Shown here: positions 39,660 to 52,345 of the stretch, piece by piece | How positions within the stretch are numbered: position 1 is the first letter of the stretch | Layout: each line of letters opens with the position of its first letter | NCBI GenBank assembly: GCA_002269645.1 | Contig: NIVC01001050.1 | Location: 183,683-247,682, forward strand | Length of the DNA stretch: 64,000 nucleotides | Reading direction: 5' to 3' | Origin: Macrostomum lignano | Lineage: Eukaryota | The notes under the pieces: model-generated | Databases searched by the model: none | Told to the model about the DNA's origin: nothing | What the model saw: the letters and a program-made list of their open reading frames with translations, nothing else | Position numbers and translations under genes: made by a program

Positions 39660-42600
39660 TCAACGACGCCTCCTGCATTCGGACCTCTCCGACTCGGTGC
39701 AGTATCGCATTGCAAGGGGCTTGTCGTGCCAGTTACAGTTGAACTCCGGTACCGGCTTCCTGCTTCCCCTGCGGCCGCGCATGCAAATCACGATCCGTCT
39801 GGCTATGTAGTCTGAGCACTTGCACTGAATAGGGTGTGGTTAGGGCGTCTTGGTTAGAATTTCTGTAATAAATAAAACTGATGCGATTTCCTGCTACTAG
39901 TAATACTCTTGTACTATTCTCCATCATGTATTCTCCTCACTTTTGTACTATTCTCCATCATGTATTCTCCTCACTCTTGTACTATTCTCCATCATGTATT
40001 CTCCTCACTCTTGTACTATTCTCCATCATGTATTCTTCTCACTCTTGTACTATTCTCCATCATGTATTCTCCTCACTCTTGTACTATTCTCAATCATGTA
40101 TTCTCCTCACTCTTGTACTATTCTCCATCATGTATTCTCCTCACTCTTGTACTATTCTCCATCATGTATTCTTCTCACTCTTGTACTATTCTCCATCATG
40201 TATTCTCCTCACTCTTGTACTATTCTCAATCATGTATTCTCCTCACTCTTGTACTATTCTCCATCATGTATTCTCCTCACTCTTGTACTATTCTCCATCA
40301 TGTATTCTTCTCACTATTGTACTATTCTCCATCATGTATTCTCCTCACTCTTGTACTATTCTCAATCATGTATTCTCCTCACTCTTGTACTATTCTCCAT
40401 CATGTATTCTCCTCACTCTTGTACTATTCTCAATCATGTATTCTCCTCACTCTTGTACTATTCTCCATCATGTATTCTCCTCACTCTTGTACTATTCTCC
40501 ATCATGTATTCTCCTCACTCTTGTACTATTCTCCATCATGTATTCTCCTCACTCTTGTACTATTCTCCATCATGTATTCTCCTCACTCTTGTACTATTCT
40601 CAATCATGTATTCTCCTCACTTTTGTACTATTCTCAATCATGTATTCTTCTCACTCTTGTACTATTCTCCATAATGTATTCTTCCCACTCTTGTACTATT
40701 CTCAATCATGTATTCTTCTCACTCTTGTACTATTCTCCATAATGTATTCTTCTCACTCTTGTACTATTCTCCATCATGTATTCTTCTCACTCTTGTACTA
40801 TTCTCAATCATGTATTCTCCACACTCTTGTACTATTCTCGGTTCTGTACACCCCTCGCTCTTGTACTCGCAATATCCTCAATCTAGTACAACCCTCTCAG
40901 GACACGGTAACAAATCTCAATGATCTCACCTTGAAGTTTTTCTCGGCAGCCCAGCGAGCGCAGTATCTGTTGGCCACGGGTCTGGCAGCTTTGACGCACA
41001 TTGAGTCGTGCATGATCAAGTAAACACCGTTTGGTACTCGAGTGGCGCAGACCACCTCCCGATTTTGGTACTGGGGGCTGTCCACGCTGCACAATGTCCA
41101 ATTGCCAACTACCCACTCGCTTGGCTGAGAGCAGACAGCGTCGAATTCACAGGGGGCGGCGGTGTACAATCGAGTACTTTTTTCGTAGATTGTTTGGCAC
41201 AACGATAAGCTGACCGACCGGTTGCGAGTGTCCTGGCAGGTCAATCGCGGCACGTCGAACGCTAGTTTGCGCTCATGAAGACAGCGACACTGTGCAGTAG
41301 GATCATGTAAATTTTATTAATGGATTCGGCGGTCTAAAACTATTCATACCCCATGGAATTCAATTGATTTCGGTTGGCACACAAAAAGCATTCTTTGATG
41401 CCACTGAGTTAGCAATTAAGGCTGAAGAGGAAGATAAGGTTCACTTTTCACAAGACACCTACCTACCGACAAATCATTTCAAAAGCAACGGATTAATGAC
41501 TCCTAATCCGAGAAGGTACTTACCCCGGTCAGTCCACCTCGAAGCAGCCTCAGCTGACTGCAGGGCGGGCCGCAGCCCAACAAGGTCCTCTGCGCTGGCG
41601 GGCCGCCCTTGCGGCGCGTGCACTCCTCTTCGGGGACTTTGAAAACGCCGACTAGAGTTCTGATTGAGAAGGAATAAAAGTCGGTAATCAGTGTTAGTTA
41701 TAGTCGTAGCGAGGCACAATAGCTCCTGTGTACGCAGCCAGATCAAGCATTCAACTTACTTTGAAACCGCATCAGCTGTTAAATTGATTGGCAGTCTGTG
41801 GACGCAGTCGTGACTGACGTATCGATAGCTGCGAGTCCCGCATCCGAAGCACTGTGAATTGCAGGGTGCGATAAGTTAAACCTGCTATAGTAACAAAGTC
41901 TAGTTCGATAGGCCGGGCTGTAGCCTAGGGAGGGGTTGTAGCCTAGGGAGGGGTTTTAGCCTAGGGAGGGGTTGTAGCCTAGGGAGGGGTTTTAGCCTAG
42001 GGAGGGGTTGTAGCCTAGGGAGGGGTTGTAGCCTAGGGAGGGGTTTTAGCCTAGGGAGGGGTTGTAGCCTAGGGAGGGGTTGTAGCCTAGGGAGGGGTTG
42101 TAGCCTAGGGAGGGGTTGTAGCCTAGGGAGGGGTTGTAGCCTAGGGAGGGGTTGTAGCCTAGGGAGGGGTTGTAGCCTAGGGAGGGGTTGTAGCCTAGGG
42201 AGGGGTTGTAGCCTAGGGAGGGGTTGTAGCCTAGGGAGGGGTTGTAGCCTAGGGAGGGGTTGTAGCCTAGGGAGGGGTTGTAGCCTAGGGAGGGGTTGTA
42301 GCCTAGGGAGGGGTTGTAGCCTAGGGAGGGGTTGTAGCCTAGGGAGGGGTTGTAGCCAAGGGAGGGGTTGTATCCTAGGGTGGGGTTTTAGCCTAGCGGT
42401 TAGAGCGTCGGACTCACGACTTGAAGGTCGGGGGCTCGATTCCCGATCCCACTGAAACAATCTGTGTCCTTAAAGAAGACACTTAATTCTGCATCGCTTC
42501 AGTTCACCCAGCTGTAAAATGGATGCCTGGATTAGCTGGGGTAAACGGGGATGGGAGTGGCGACCCCCCAGTCCTTTCACTGAACAGCCGTACGCAGCTT

Positions 42601-44254
42601 TCAGATGCGCCGCGCAATAGCTGAGGCTGAGCTGTCGATTGCACATCTGGCCCCATTGGGGCAGGTGTAATCAATTATATTATTATTATTATTCGATAGG
42701 CGCTTGTACTTACAGGTCCGAATGATCCTGGAGTCCAATCGAATTTCGAATCCTTTGTCGAGGGAAGCTATAATTTAAAAAATTCGATGAGCTGGTTTTA
42801 TGACATCATATAAAATCGATACGATCGAGATTAATTTAACTGCGCTTCTGTCAAGTTTCAATTGATTTAGTCAAGCATAGATACTAAATATACCAGATGG
42901 TTCACTCAGCACTATCTTAAAGTGTCATTTTTACTTGTTGCTCTCATTGCAATGACATAAGAGTATATTTGCCCTATTTTTTGTTTAGAGATTAATTTTT
43001 GGAGAAAAGGATGACTAGCTGCTCGTGTCACACGCAAGCAACTTTGCCGCTTTCAAGGTAGTAGAGCTAGTCGAATAAATACATATTGCTTTTTCCTCTC
43101 ATACTACTGGAACAGAGAGTAGTTTTGAAGAATATGGTTGAGTGAACCATCCAATTTAGTTACTACAACTTTCTTTGTACTTATCACTTAGTGATTTAGT
43201 AACTGCGGGAAACTAGCTCGTACAAGGGCTTTTGGCCCTAGACAGCTAAATGAGTGGGGAATATGATATGTATCCCCCGTTCGTTGTCTATGGTTGTTGT
43301 CTCGAATTTAGCAGCCCGCGGGGCAGCGGGAAATAAATGATTTATTCACCTAGGGAAATAAATGAAAACATGCGTCACATAGACACTCGCCCGGGGCAAA
43401 AGGGGGATACATGCCGATTTATTAATGACTTAGTCCACGAAAAGCATTGCTTTGATAGGTTTGTACCACAGACACAAACTCACTGGCTACAAGTTTAAAC
43501 CAGAGAATATCCAGTATACATAGAATACCAATAGAAGGGTCTAAAGTGAAGCTGATTTTCGTTCCTTCCAGGACTCTATACTCTTTGGCCATAGACATTT
43601 CGAGTTTAATGAAAGCATGGTGAAAAACTGTGCATGATAGCTTAAACTGCTAAAACTCAATGTCTATGGCCAAAAAGTTCATTTACCAAGTATTTAAATC
43701 AAGTATAAAGTATGTATACTCGATATTCTCTGGTTAAAAACTATCAATTATTTTCAAAGACTAAGTTATGAATGGATCGGATTTTTGTAGTTTCCTGTCT
43801 CTAGCATCGAGTAGTCCTTGTTGAATATTCAGATTTTCAACAAGCGTAACTTGAGTAAAAAACTGGACTCGTATATGTGTGGAGATGCACTATATATTTA
43901 AAAAGATATTACTGGAAATTTTATTCGAAGATACATTTTCTGTTTCTCCACAGGTTTTGAAAAGATTTGCTCTTTGAATGAAGTTTCGCTATCAAGAGAC
44001 ATACACTCACCGAGAATTCCACTCCTTTGGAATTCTTTTTCTCAACCTCTGCCCAGTTGTATTCGAATGTGTTGATCGATTTCACCGCTTCGCTGGTGGT
44101 CGCGTCGCAATGCGCTGGTGCGATGCTTAGCTGCAGGATGACACAACATGACACGCTTTTTACAGTAGCATCGTCGATTAAGTTCACAAAGTATTGAACT
44201 TACCAAGATCGTCAGAATGCTGACAAGCAGCAGTCGAGAAATGATTGGCAGCAT
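39660..44254 (-). CDS. Secreted 307-aa protein made of four divergent ADAMTS-type thrombospondin type-1 repeats
   Basis: Six exons: 44254-44204, 44130-44011, 41851-41760, 41659-41524, 41289-40930, 39824-39660, all GT-AG and phase-consistent. Signal MLPIISRLLLVSILTILLSIAPAHC; best repeat WVVGNWTLCS...QNREVVC...DSMC...RPVANRYC. Confidence 0.85.
39899..40840. repeat. 34-bp minisatellite (CTCTTGTACTATTCTCCATCATGTATTCTCCTCA), about 27 copies
   Basis: Direct inspection; fills the last intron of the TSP1 gene. Confidence 0.96.
41920..42395. repeat. 18-bp minisatellite (TAGCCTAGGGAGGGGTTG), about 25 copies, fused to a SINE head
   Basis: Array grades into TAGCCTAGCGG, the A-box region of the adjacent SINE. 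Confidence 0.95.
42382..42693 (+). mobile_element. tRNA-derived SINE with CORE-like domain and (ATT)n tail, copy 1
   Basis: TAGCCTAGCGGTTAGAGCG...GGCTCGATTCC head, then GTGTCCTTAAAGAAGACACTTAA...CACCCAGCTGTAAAATGG, then an ATT-repeat tail. Second copy at 51340-51607. Confidence 0.8.
43580..43678. repeat. About 100-bp hairpin/MITE-like inverted repeat (intronic)
   Basis: ACTCTTTGGCCATAGACATTTCGAGTTT versus AAACTCAATGTCTATGGCCAAAAAGT (reverse complementary). Confidence 0.75.
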
Positions 44255-45055
44255 TGAATATCTAAACTGAGAGGTTTGCATCTGACGTTTGGACGCTAAA
44301 AATTGCACCCCGAAACTCCGGCTTTGGCAAGGCAGCCACGTTTCAGTCTCGCTTTTGAAGCCCGTCAGTAAGGCCTTGTACTATTATATAATGCCGAAGA
44401 AGGGTAAGGCAGACGGAAAATGGAAAACTATTGATGAGATTTGGTTGGCTGGTAGCTAGTAAGCTGTCCGACCCACTGGATTTCGGATAAACAAAGCCCA
44501 ATGGAAATTGTAGAACAAGCAACGCAGGATCGGAAGATTAGGCTGAAGAGTGAAGGACAGAGATGAAAGGCTCATTCTAGAACTAGAAAATTCCGAGGTC
44601 AAATCTGCTTTTATCATCAATTAGACCTGGGACCTACGTGAGCCAGATATGCGCTGGCCGGGTACCGGTTTAAGGACCATCTGCCGCTGCCTATCAACAG
44701 GCCGGAATACCAATAGTCCAAGATTTGTACATAGCCGAACTGCTTCTTCAGACTGCTAAAAATCTACGTGTTTACATTACTTCTTACTAAAAGTAGAAGC
44801 CAATAGACGTTTAGGACTTTTTTCTTGCATTGGCTTATCATAACGTTCGTTTAGTTTTTGTTGTCTGTGGCATGGGTTTTCACAGTTTTTCCACATAAAT
44901 TCTGAATAATAGATTTATTTTTTCAGGACACAGCTGTGGATATAATCACTGATTGTTATAAGGAAGTGGCCAGCTGAGCAACATGCTTAAAAAAACCTGT
45001 ATTTAACGAAAAACATTTTTGTCGTCGAATTTTCGTTGTTAAACGCCCCGACGAC

Positions 45056-46447
45056 ATGGCTGAGCAGATATTGAAGGATCCTGATCATCGAGAAGTGTGC
45101 AGCCTGACGCAAAGTGCAAGATTCGGCAACAATGATGAGCTGGGTGTGTGCGCTAGAGCGGAAGCCATGAGCAATGAGCAGGTCGAGAGCGTGACTTTCG
45201 AGAGCAACAATGAAGGCGTGCGCACGGAGGAGGTCGACAAACTTGGCGAAGTTCTGATCAGAGACGCGGCTCATTCTAACAACAATATCGTGAGCGATGC
45301 ATCAGATTATGCTGCTGACGAGGAAGAACCATTTTCTCCTAACAATAGTGACAAAACAACAGAAAATGATGACGATCAGTTTAGTTTGGACAACAATGGT
45401 GCTGTGAGGATGCATTTTAACACTGACGACGCTAAAACTGGCACTGAGCAGGGTCCTGAAGAACTGGAGGAAGAAACCGAGAATGCAGATGAGGGAACAG
45501 ATTATGAAGAGAACGAAACAGATTATGAAGAGGAAGAAACAGAAGATGAAGAGGAAGAAACAGAGAATGAAGAGGATGGGACGGAGAATGAAGAGGATGG
45601 AACAGAATACGACGAAGAAAGGACAGATTACGAGGATGGAACGGAGAATGAAGAAGAAGTTACGGAAATTGAGGATCCTGATGGCCCAGAAAACGGAGAT
45701 TATGACACAGAAAATGAAAGCTTTGTAACTGACAATGATGATGAAATAGCGGACGAAAAAGATAGCGGCGAGGAAAACGTAGCAGACAATGAAGAAGCAG
45801 AGGTGGACGAAAAAGAAGCAGAGATAGATAATGAAGAAGCAGAGATAGATAATGAAGAAGCAGAGGTGGATAATGAAGAAGCAGAGGTGGATAATGAAGA
45901 AGCAGCGGTGGATAATGAAGAAGCAGAGGTGGGTAATGGAGAAGCAGAGATAGATAATGAAGAAGCAGAGGTGGATAATGAAGAAGCAGAGGTGGGTAAT
46001 GGAGAAGCAGAGATAGATAATGAAGAAGCAGAGGTGGATAATGAAGAAGCAGAGATAGATAATGAAGAAGCAGAGGTGGATAATGAAGAAGCAGCGGTGG
46101 ATAATGAAGAAGCAGAGGTGGATAATGAAGAAGCAGAGGTGGATAATGAAGAAGCAGAGATAGATAATGAAGAAGCAGAGGTGGATAATGAAGAAGTGCC
46201 ATCAAACAAGCTACACAGGCAGGAAAGCTTGGGTGTAAAACAGTTGAAATCAAGGCTGCAAGCTATGCCGACAAGCTGCAAAGCTGTGGCTGGCAGGAAA
46301 GTGAAGGACAGAATCTCTCTCGAGTTAAGCCAGTTGCTGTCGAACGTGCTGCTAAAAATGGTGGCCCGATTGATAGCGAAGACGCAGAAGAAAACGGCTG
46401 CAAACATTGTGAAGATGGCTCTGATGCAGGCGTTAAACGAGCTTTAA
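45056..46447 (+). CDS. Highly acidic low-complexity protein (463 aa) with about 20 DNEEAE[VI] heptads and a basic helical C-terminus; function unknown
   Basis: Single ATG-started ORF with unique, coding-like sequence before and after the 21-bp repeat (about 45788-46195). Confidence 0.7.
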   Translation: MAEQILKDPDHREVCSLTQSARFGNNDELGVCARAEAMSNEQVESVTFESNNEGVRTEEVDKLGEVLIRDAAHSNNNIVSDASDYAADEEEPFSPNNSDKTTENDDDQFSLDNNGAVRMHFNTDDAKTGTEQGPEELEEETENADEGTDYEENETDYEEEETEDEEEETENEEDGTENEEDGTEYDEERTDYEDGTENEEEVTEIEDPDGPENGDYDTENESFVTDNDDEIADEKDSGEENVADNEEAEVDEKEAEIDNEEAEIDNEEAEVDNEEAEVDNEEAAVDNEEAEVGNGEAEIDNEEAEVDNEEAEVGNGEAEIDNEEAEVDNEEAEIDNEEAEVDNEEAAVDNEEAEVDNEEAEVDNEEAEIDNEEAEVDNEEVPSNKLHRQESLGVKQLKSRLQAMPTSCKAVAGRKVKDRISLELSQLLSNVLLKMVARLIAKTQKKTAANIVKMALMQALNEL

Positions 46448-46865
46448 ATTCTACTGGGACTAAGTGTTCGGCTTGCTGATAAACTGAAACTGGACTGTGT
46501 ATTTCTTTTCTATCAGTTTAAATATAATTTTTGCGTCTTTGAAACTGCTTTATCAAAAATCGGTCTATTTTTTGTTTGAACTTTCATTTTTGAACAATAT
46601 TTGCAGTCGTGGTCCTGCGGTTTAGGCTACTGGTTTCTCTGGTTATTATTCTTAGTGGATTCTAATAGTTTAGTTGGTAGGTTGCTGCCACCAGGTTTCC
46701 TGATACTCCCTAATCCTAATATTTAGTGATTAACTAGCAATCTTCGCCCCCCGTTGGGGGACATCTGTATAGAATCTCTGCTCTCTACAAGTAACAAAAA
46801 GACAGCCAAATAAAGCCTTCACAAAGACAACAGACAAACTGCTCAAATAAAGTGTAATGCAAAAA

Positions 46866-46990
46866 GAAATCATCCCAAGACAGCAAGCATCCCCCAGATA
46901 GCAAGCATCCCCCAAATAGCAAGCATCCCCCAGATAGCAAGCATCCCCCAGATAGCAAGCATCCCCAAATAGTAAGCATCCACCAGACAA
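46866..46990. repeat. 18-bp minisatellite (AGCAAGCATCCCCCAGAT), about 6 copies
   Basis: Direct inspection; shares the AGATAGCA/GCATnCCC core with the 14-mer at 424-1613. Confidence 0.85.
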
Positions 46991-47081
46991 TAAGTAGCTA
47001 GTGCCACAATTTCCTTAGCTCTATAGTGGCTCCTTTAAAATTGGCATGACGCTTACTTTTACGTTTGAAATTGTGTATCTT

Positions 47082-48725
47082 TTATGTTTGACATGGTGGC
47101 TCTTTTATGTTTGACATGGTGGCTCTTTTATGTTTGACATAGTGGCTCTTTAGTGTTTGACATGATGGCTCTTTAATGTTCGAAATGGTGGCTCTTTTAT
47201 GTTTGACATGGTGGCTCTTTTAGGTTTGACATGGTAGCTCTTAAATGTTTGACATGGTAGCTCTTAAATGTTTGACATGGTGGCTCTTTATTGTTTGACA
47301 CGGCGGCTCTCTAATGTTTGACAAAGTGGCTATTTAATGTTCGAAATGGTGGCTCTTTAAAGTTTGACATAAAGTCACATATATGTTTGAGATGGTGGCT
47401 CTTAAATGTTTGACATGGTGGCTCTTAAATGTTTGACATGGTGGCTCTTTTATGTTCGCCATGGTGGCTCTTTAATATTCTACATGGTGGCTCTTTTATG
47501 TTCGACATGGTGGCTTTTTAATGTTTGACATGGTGGCTCTTTTATGTTTGACATGGTGGCTCTTTACTGTTTGAAATGGTGGCTCTTTAATGTTCTACAT
47601 GGTAACTCTTTTATGTTTAATACGGTGGCTTTTTAATGTCTGACATGGTGGCTCTTTTATGTTTGACATGGTGGCTCTTTAATGTTCTTCATGGTGGCTC
47701 TTTAATATTCTACATGGTGGCTCTTTTATGTTCGACATGGTGGCTTTTTAATGTTTGACATGGTGGCTCTTTTATGTTTGACATGGTGGCTCTTTACTGT
47801 TTGAAATGGTGGCTCTTTAATGTTCTACATGGTAACTCTTTTATGTTTGATACGGTGGCTTTTTAATGTCTGACATGGTGGCTCTTTTATGTTTGACATG
47901 GTGGCTCTTTAATGTTCTTCATGGTGGCTCTTTAATATTCTACATGGTGGCTCTTTTATGTTCGACATGGTGGCTGTTTTTTGTTCTACATGGTAACTCT
48001 TTTATGTATGATACGGTGGCTTTTTAATGTCTGACATGGTGGCTCTTTTATGTTTGACATGGTGGCTCTTAAATGTTTGACATGGTGGCTCTTAAATGTT
48101 AGACGTGGTGGCTTGTTTAGGTTTGACACGGTGGCTCTTTAATGTTCGACAAAGTGGCTATTTGATGTTTGATATGGTGACTCCTAAATGTTTTACATGG
48201 TGGCTCTTCTATGTTTGACATGGTGGCTCTTTATTGTTTGACATGGTGGCTCTTTAATGTTTAACCTGGTGGCTCTTTTATGTTTGACACGGCGGCTCTC
48301 TAATGTTTGACAAAGTGGCTATTTAATGTTCGAAATGGTGGCTCTTTAAAGTTTGACATAAAGTCACATATATGTTTGACATGGTGGCTCTTAAATGTTT
48401 GACATGGTGGCTCTTAAATGTTTGACATGGTGGCTCTTAAATGTTAGACGTGGTGGCTTGTTTAGGTTTGACATGGTGGCTCTTTAATGTTTGACATAAT
48501 GGCTCTTAAATGTTTGACATGGTGGCTCTTAAATGTTAGACGTGGTGGCTTGTTTAGGTTTGACATAGTGGCTCTTCTATGTTTGAAATGGTGGCTTTTT
48601 AATCGTTGACATGGAGTCACGTATATGTTTGACATAGTGCTTATTTTATGTTTGACATGGTAACTCTTTTATATTCGAAATGTTGGCTCTTTAATGTTCG
48701 ACATGGTGGCTCTTCTATGTTTGAC
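47082..48725. repeat. Degenerate 23-bp minisatellite (TTTGACATGGTGGCTCTTTTATG), about 70 copies
   Basis: Direct inspection; internal block duplications visible (e.g. 47461-47700 vs 47701-47940). Confidence 0.95.
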
Positions 48726-48787
48726 ATTGCGCTTCTATTATGTTTAGCTGTTTTGTTGTGTTTTTAAGGTGTTTTGATAAAAAATCT

Positions 48788-48855
48788 TTTTGCACTACTA
48801 AGATTCGAACCCAGGTCGCTACATTAGCATTCCAGTCTGTTCGCATCTTGGCTAT
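48788..48855 (-). mobile_element. Degenerate tRNA-like/SINE head
   Basis: Minus strand TAGCCAAGATGCG...GGGTTCGAATC (A- and B-box-like); no convincing cloverleaf. Confidence 0.3.
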
Positions 48856-50033
48856 CTCTTTTCAATTGGAGAACGTGAATTGTGGCCCTTATAATTTAAT
48901 TCTTACAGCAAGTCAATTGAAGTAAAAAGTAATGACATAATCAATTTCTCAGTCAGCCAGTATCAGTCTCAATTTAAGTTAGCAATATTGGTTACGCAAT
49001 TTAAATCAAGTCGTGTGTGCATTTCTTCGGCACTGTTTTCAACTTGTTGTGATGCAATCTTTATCACAATCGGAATTCAGCCAGTCAGTTTTTTCTCTAG
49101 CATTCTTACAATGCATTTCAGGTCGAAACAGCTGCTTGACCTTTGCAAAAAAGCATGTTTTTCGAATATTTAATCCCTTTAACATTGAGCAATTTCTTAG
49201 CCAAGATGCATGTACCGTCCCAGGAAAATTTCTGATCGAATGGTGCAAGTTTGAAGAAAATCGGTTGAGCCAATTTTTCTGAAATCTATCGCATACCCAC
49301 ATACCCACATACAGACAACTCATTTTTAGTATATAGGAAGAAGACAGGAAACCAATATAAATCTTAGTTTTCAAGCAAAATGTTCAACTATAGATAAGAT
49401 TGTTAACATACAAAATGTTGTTTTACATTAAATTCCTAGCTGTTTTCCCTAGAATGTGCTTGGGCAAGACTCCCGTGTTTTAGAAGCAAGACTCATCTAG
49501 AGCAATATTAATTCCTATGCCAAACAAAGTCCCTTTATTTCCATTACGTTTAATTCCCTTTTTGTTGACATTTTCTAAGTCGAAAGATTGCAACGAAGGA
49601 TGCTTCTCCAAAGAGCCCAACCGCTCTTTATTAATAATAAAAACCCTAACTTAATCTAATTACCGATATTTCCGCTACTGAAAACTACTGTTAGTAGAGT
49701 AAAAGCAAATATGATTCCGCTCCTAAATTACGCCCTACAACATTATTCAATGATTTAAAATTTTGACGTAGCATTAAATTTTCACAAAGAATGTGGATCA
49801 AGTTAAACTGTACAAAGTCGGTGCAGGAGGTGCTGCTGCTGGCGCTGCGGGCTTCGATCGGCATCGACGAGCTTTCACTCAAGAAAAGGTGAATTAATCT
49901 TGCATTTCTAAGAAAAACATTATGATAGTGAGGTATTTTTTTAAATCATACGCTCGTACATACGCTAGCTACACGAAACTTAGTTGAAATCGAATTTGCA
50001 ATGAATTAGTTAGTAGTAAAGTATCCGTTAAGC

Positions 50034-50308
50034 CAGGGGTCGCCAAACTCCGGCCCGCAAAGCCTCTCTATCCGGCCCTCGGGTCCTTCGAAACTTCACA
50101 ATACCAATCCGGCCCGCTTAAGGTTTTGTCTTCTCATCTGCTCCCCTCTCCTCTCTCTCCTATTTGATCTCTCCTCCCTCTCGTCTCCTCTCTTCTCCTT
50201 TCTCCTATTTCTCTTCTCTATTCCCTATCCTCTCTCCACTCCCCTTCTAGTCATGCTCTAGGTTCTCTAGGCTCTAGGCCCTTGAGATAAAAAGTTTGCT
50301 GACCTCTG
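50034..50308 (+). mobile_element. hAT (Charlie-like) MITE, copy 3, complete with TIRs and 8-bp TSD
   Basis: TIRs CAGGGGTCGCCAAACT and AGTTTGCTGACCTCTG (13/16 match); perfect TSD CGTTAAGC at 50026-50033 and 50309-50316. Confidence 0.92.
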
Positions 50309-50964
50309 CGTTAAGCGCTATATTTGTTTAGCTATACGAAGTGCCCTAGAGCCTCATCATTTCGCACAAGAGTTAAGCTTGTAATGTTTACCTGGCTCCT
50401 GATGTAGGCTTTAAAATAGGCTCCCTACATCAAGACAAAAATGAAGACTTAAATGTTCGTCATTTCTTCATATCCGCTACTTTCCAATCGCGTCGCAAAC
50501 GATCAAATGGAGATGCCCGTGCCGACTTCAGAAGTTGAGCTTCCTGTGTGCAAGCCTTGTAAGTTTTTCGTGGCTACTCAAGTAGAACTAAAATGAGCAC
50601 GTTTTAAGGCTCAACTCGAGTAAGCTTCCTGTTCGTGCTCGAGTCACAATTTGTAATGTTTTGGTATCCAGTTAAGTCTATACTGGCTTAGGTTCAATGT
50701 TTGATTTAAAAGTTTTCCAACAGCTGCTTTAGGGGTGATTGAGAACTATCTATCAAAATCTATAGTTATGACAGCAGCGGGGAGAGAGATAAACACTGTT
50801 CGATTGGTAACCAAGCCAATTTCATACTTGCTAGGTTCCAGTTCTAAAAAGCCAGGGAATGAACCATATGGGAAGCCTACGCTGGGATTCTAATAAGAAA
50901 AGGCATGCATTCAGGCTCACTCGAAAAAAGGTGTGTTACCCGTTGAGCTGTTTAGGGCGTTGTC

Positions 50965-52290
50965 ATGAGCGTTCAAGCTGTCGTAATCGGAGCCAACGGC
51001 TTCCTGGGTCGACGTCTCGTCGAAACGCTTCGTAGACGCAGAAACTTGCGCGTGTCGGCCAACGAGAAACTTCCTGTGTCGAGCATCGTGCTGTTCGACG
51101 TTGCCGACTCGTCCGATGCCTTCATGCGACGTCAGTGCGACGAGGACAGTCGCTGCTGCTTGGTGCTCGGCAGTCTCACAAAAGCTGAAGACACTGCCGA
51201 GGCTTTGAGGCCACGCGCGACCGACTGCCGAACTGTGGTCAGCTTTCACCTGGCCGCCATGCTTAGCGGACAGGCTGAAGCTAATTTCGACGGCGGAATG
51301 CAGGTGGGCTCAATAGTTTATCGACGTTGCGTCGTACTACATAATAATGATAGTAATACTTATTGCGCGGCGCATCTGAAGGCTGCGTACGGCTGTTCAG
51401 TCGAAAGACTGGGGATGGGAACGTCGTCACACTCAATTTCGTTAAGCTAAAGCCGCCAACTATTTTACAGCTGGGTGAACTGAAGCAATGCAGAGTTAAG
51501 TGTCTTGCTTAAGGACACAAATTGTTTCGAGTTGGTCGAGAATCGAACCCCCGACCTTTCAGTCGTGAGTCCGACGCTCTTCGAGGTTACCGCTTACTGA
51601 GCCACCATTCCATAAATAGAGCGCGCTTCATGACAATTTGCCACCCATAGAGCAACGTTCAATCAGCTAAATCCAGATTCAATAACAAAGAAATCCTGAA
51701 CTTTTTATCCAGGTAAATCTGTTCGGCGCAATCACTGTGATTGAGCAGGTTCGCGCTCTCGGTGTCAAGCTCGGCCGGCCTCAAATCTACGTGTACGTCA
51801 GCACCGACTACGTCGCCTGTTTCAACGACACCAACAGACAAGTGCCAATCAACGAGGAGGCCTTCCGACTGTCCCCGACGTCCTACGGGGTGCACAAGGC
51901 GTGCGTCGAGCTGCTGGTATGCGACTACAGCCGGCACGGCTTCATCGACGGTCGAGTAGCTCGAATCTCGGCCGTGATTGGCCGGCCGGGTTTCAGCAAC
52001 AGCGTCTCCTCGTCCTACAGCATGATCTTCACGCAGACTCTGCTTGGCCGGGATTACACTGTCTACCCGGACATGGACTATCCGTACCCCTGCTCCTGCA
52101 TTGATAACAACTGCCGATGTCTGATTAAACTGGCTGGCAAAGTGACTGCCGAGCAGCTGGGGCACAATCGGGTTGTACAACTGCCTGCCAGGTCTTTTTC
52201 CTTGTTTTCAATTTGTTTGTGTCTTAGCGTCTCTGTCTGTTGGGAGTAATGTGTCTGACTCCCACGCAAAAGTCCACGTCATCGTTTCTT

Positions 52291-52345
<55 letters not shown>

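Noticed and set aside
39881-41023. 380-aa hydrophobic repeat ORF and the 34-bp repeat as a possible CRISPR array
   Set aside because: Head-to-tail monomers with no spacers, eukaryotic intron context, no cas genes; ORFs are artefacts antisense to the TSP1 gene.
42382-42455. Possible tRNA gene (CAC anticodon)
   Set aside because: Continues into a CORE-like body and ATT tail and has a second dispersed copy, so it is a SINE head.
41900-42460. 186-aa LQPLPR repeat ORF
   Set aside because: Translation of the 18-bp array plus SINE head.
49160-49345. Helitron/Helentron-like non-autonomous end (AAAATCGG...ACAGACAACTCATTTTTAGTATATAG)
   Set aside because: Resemblance from memory only; no partner terminus or diagnostic hairpin located.
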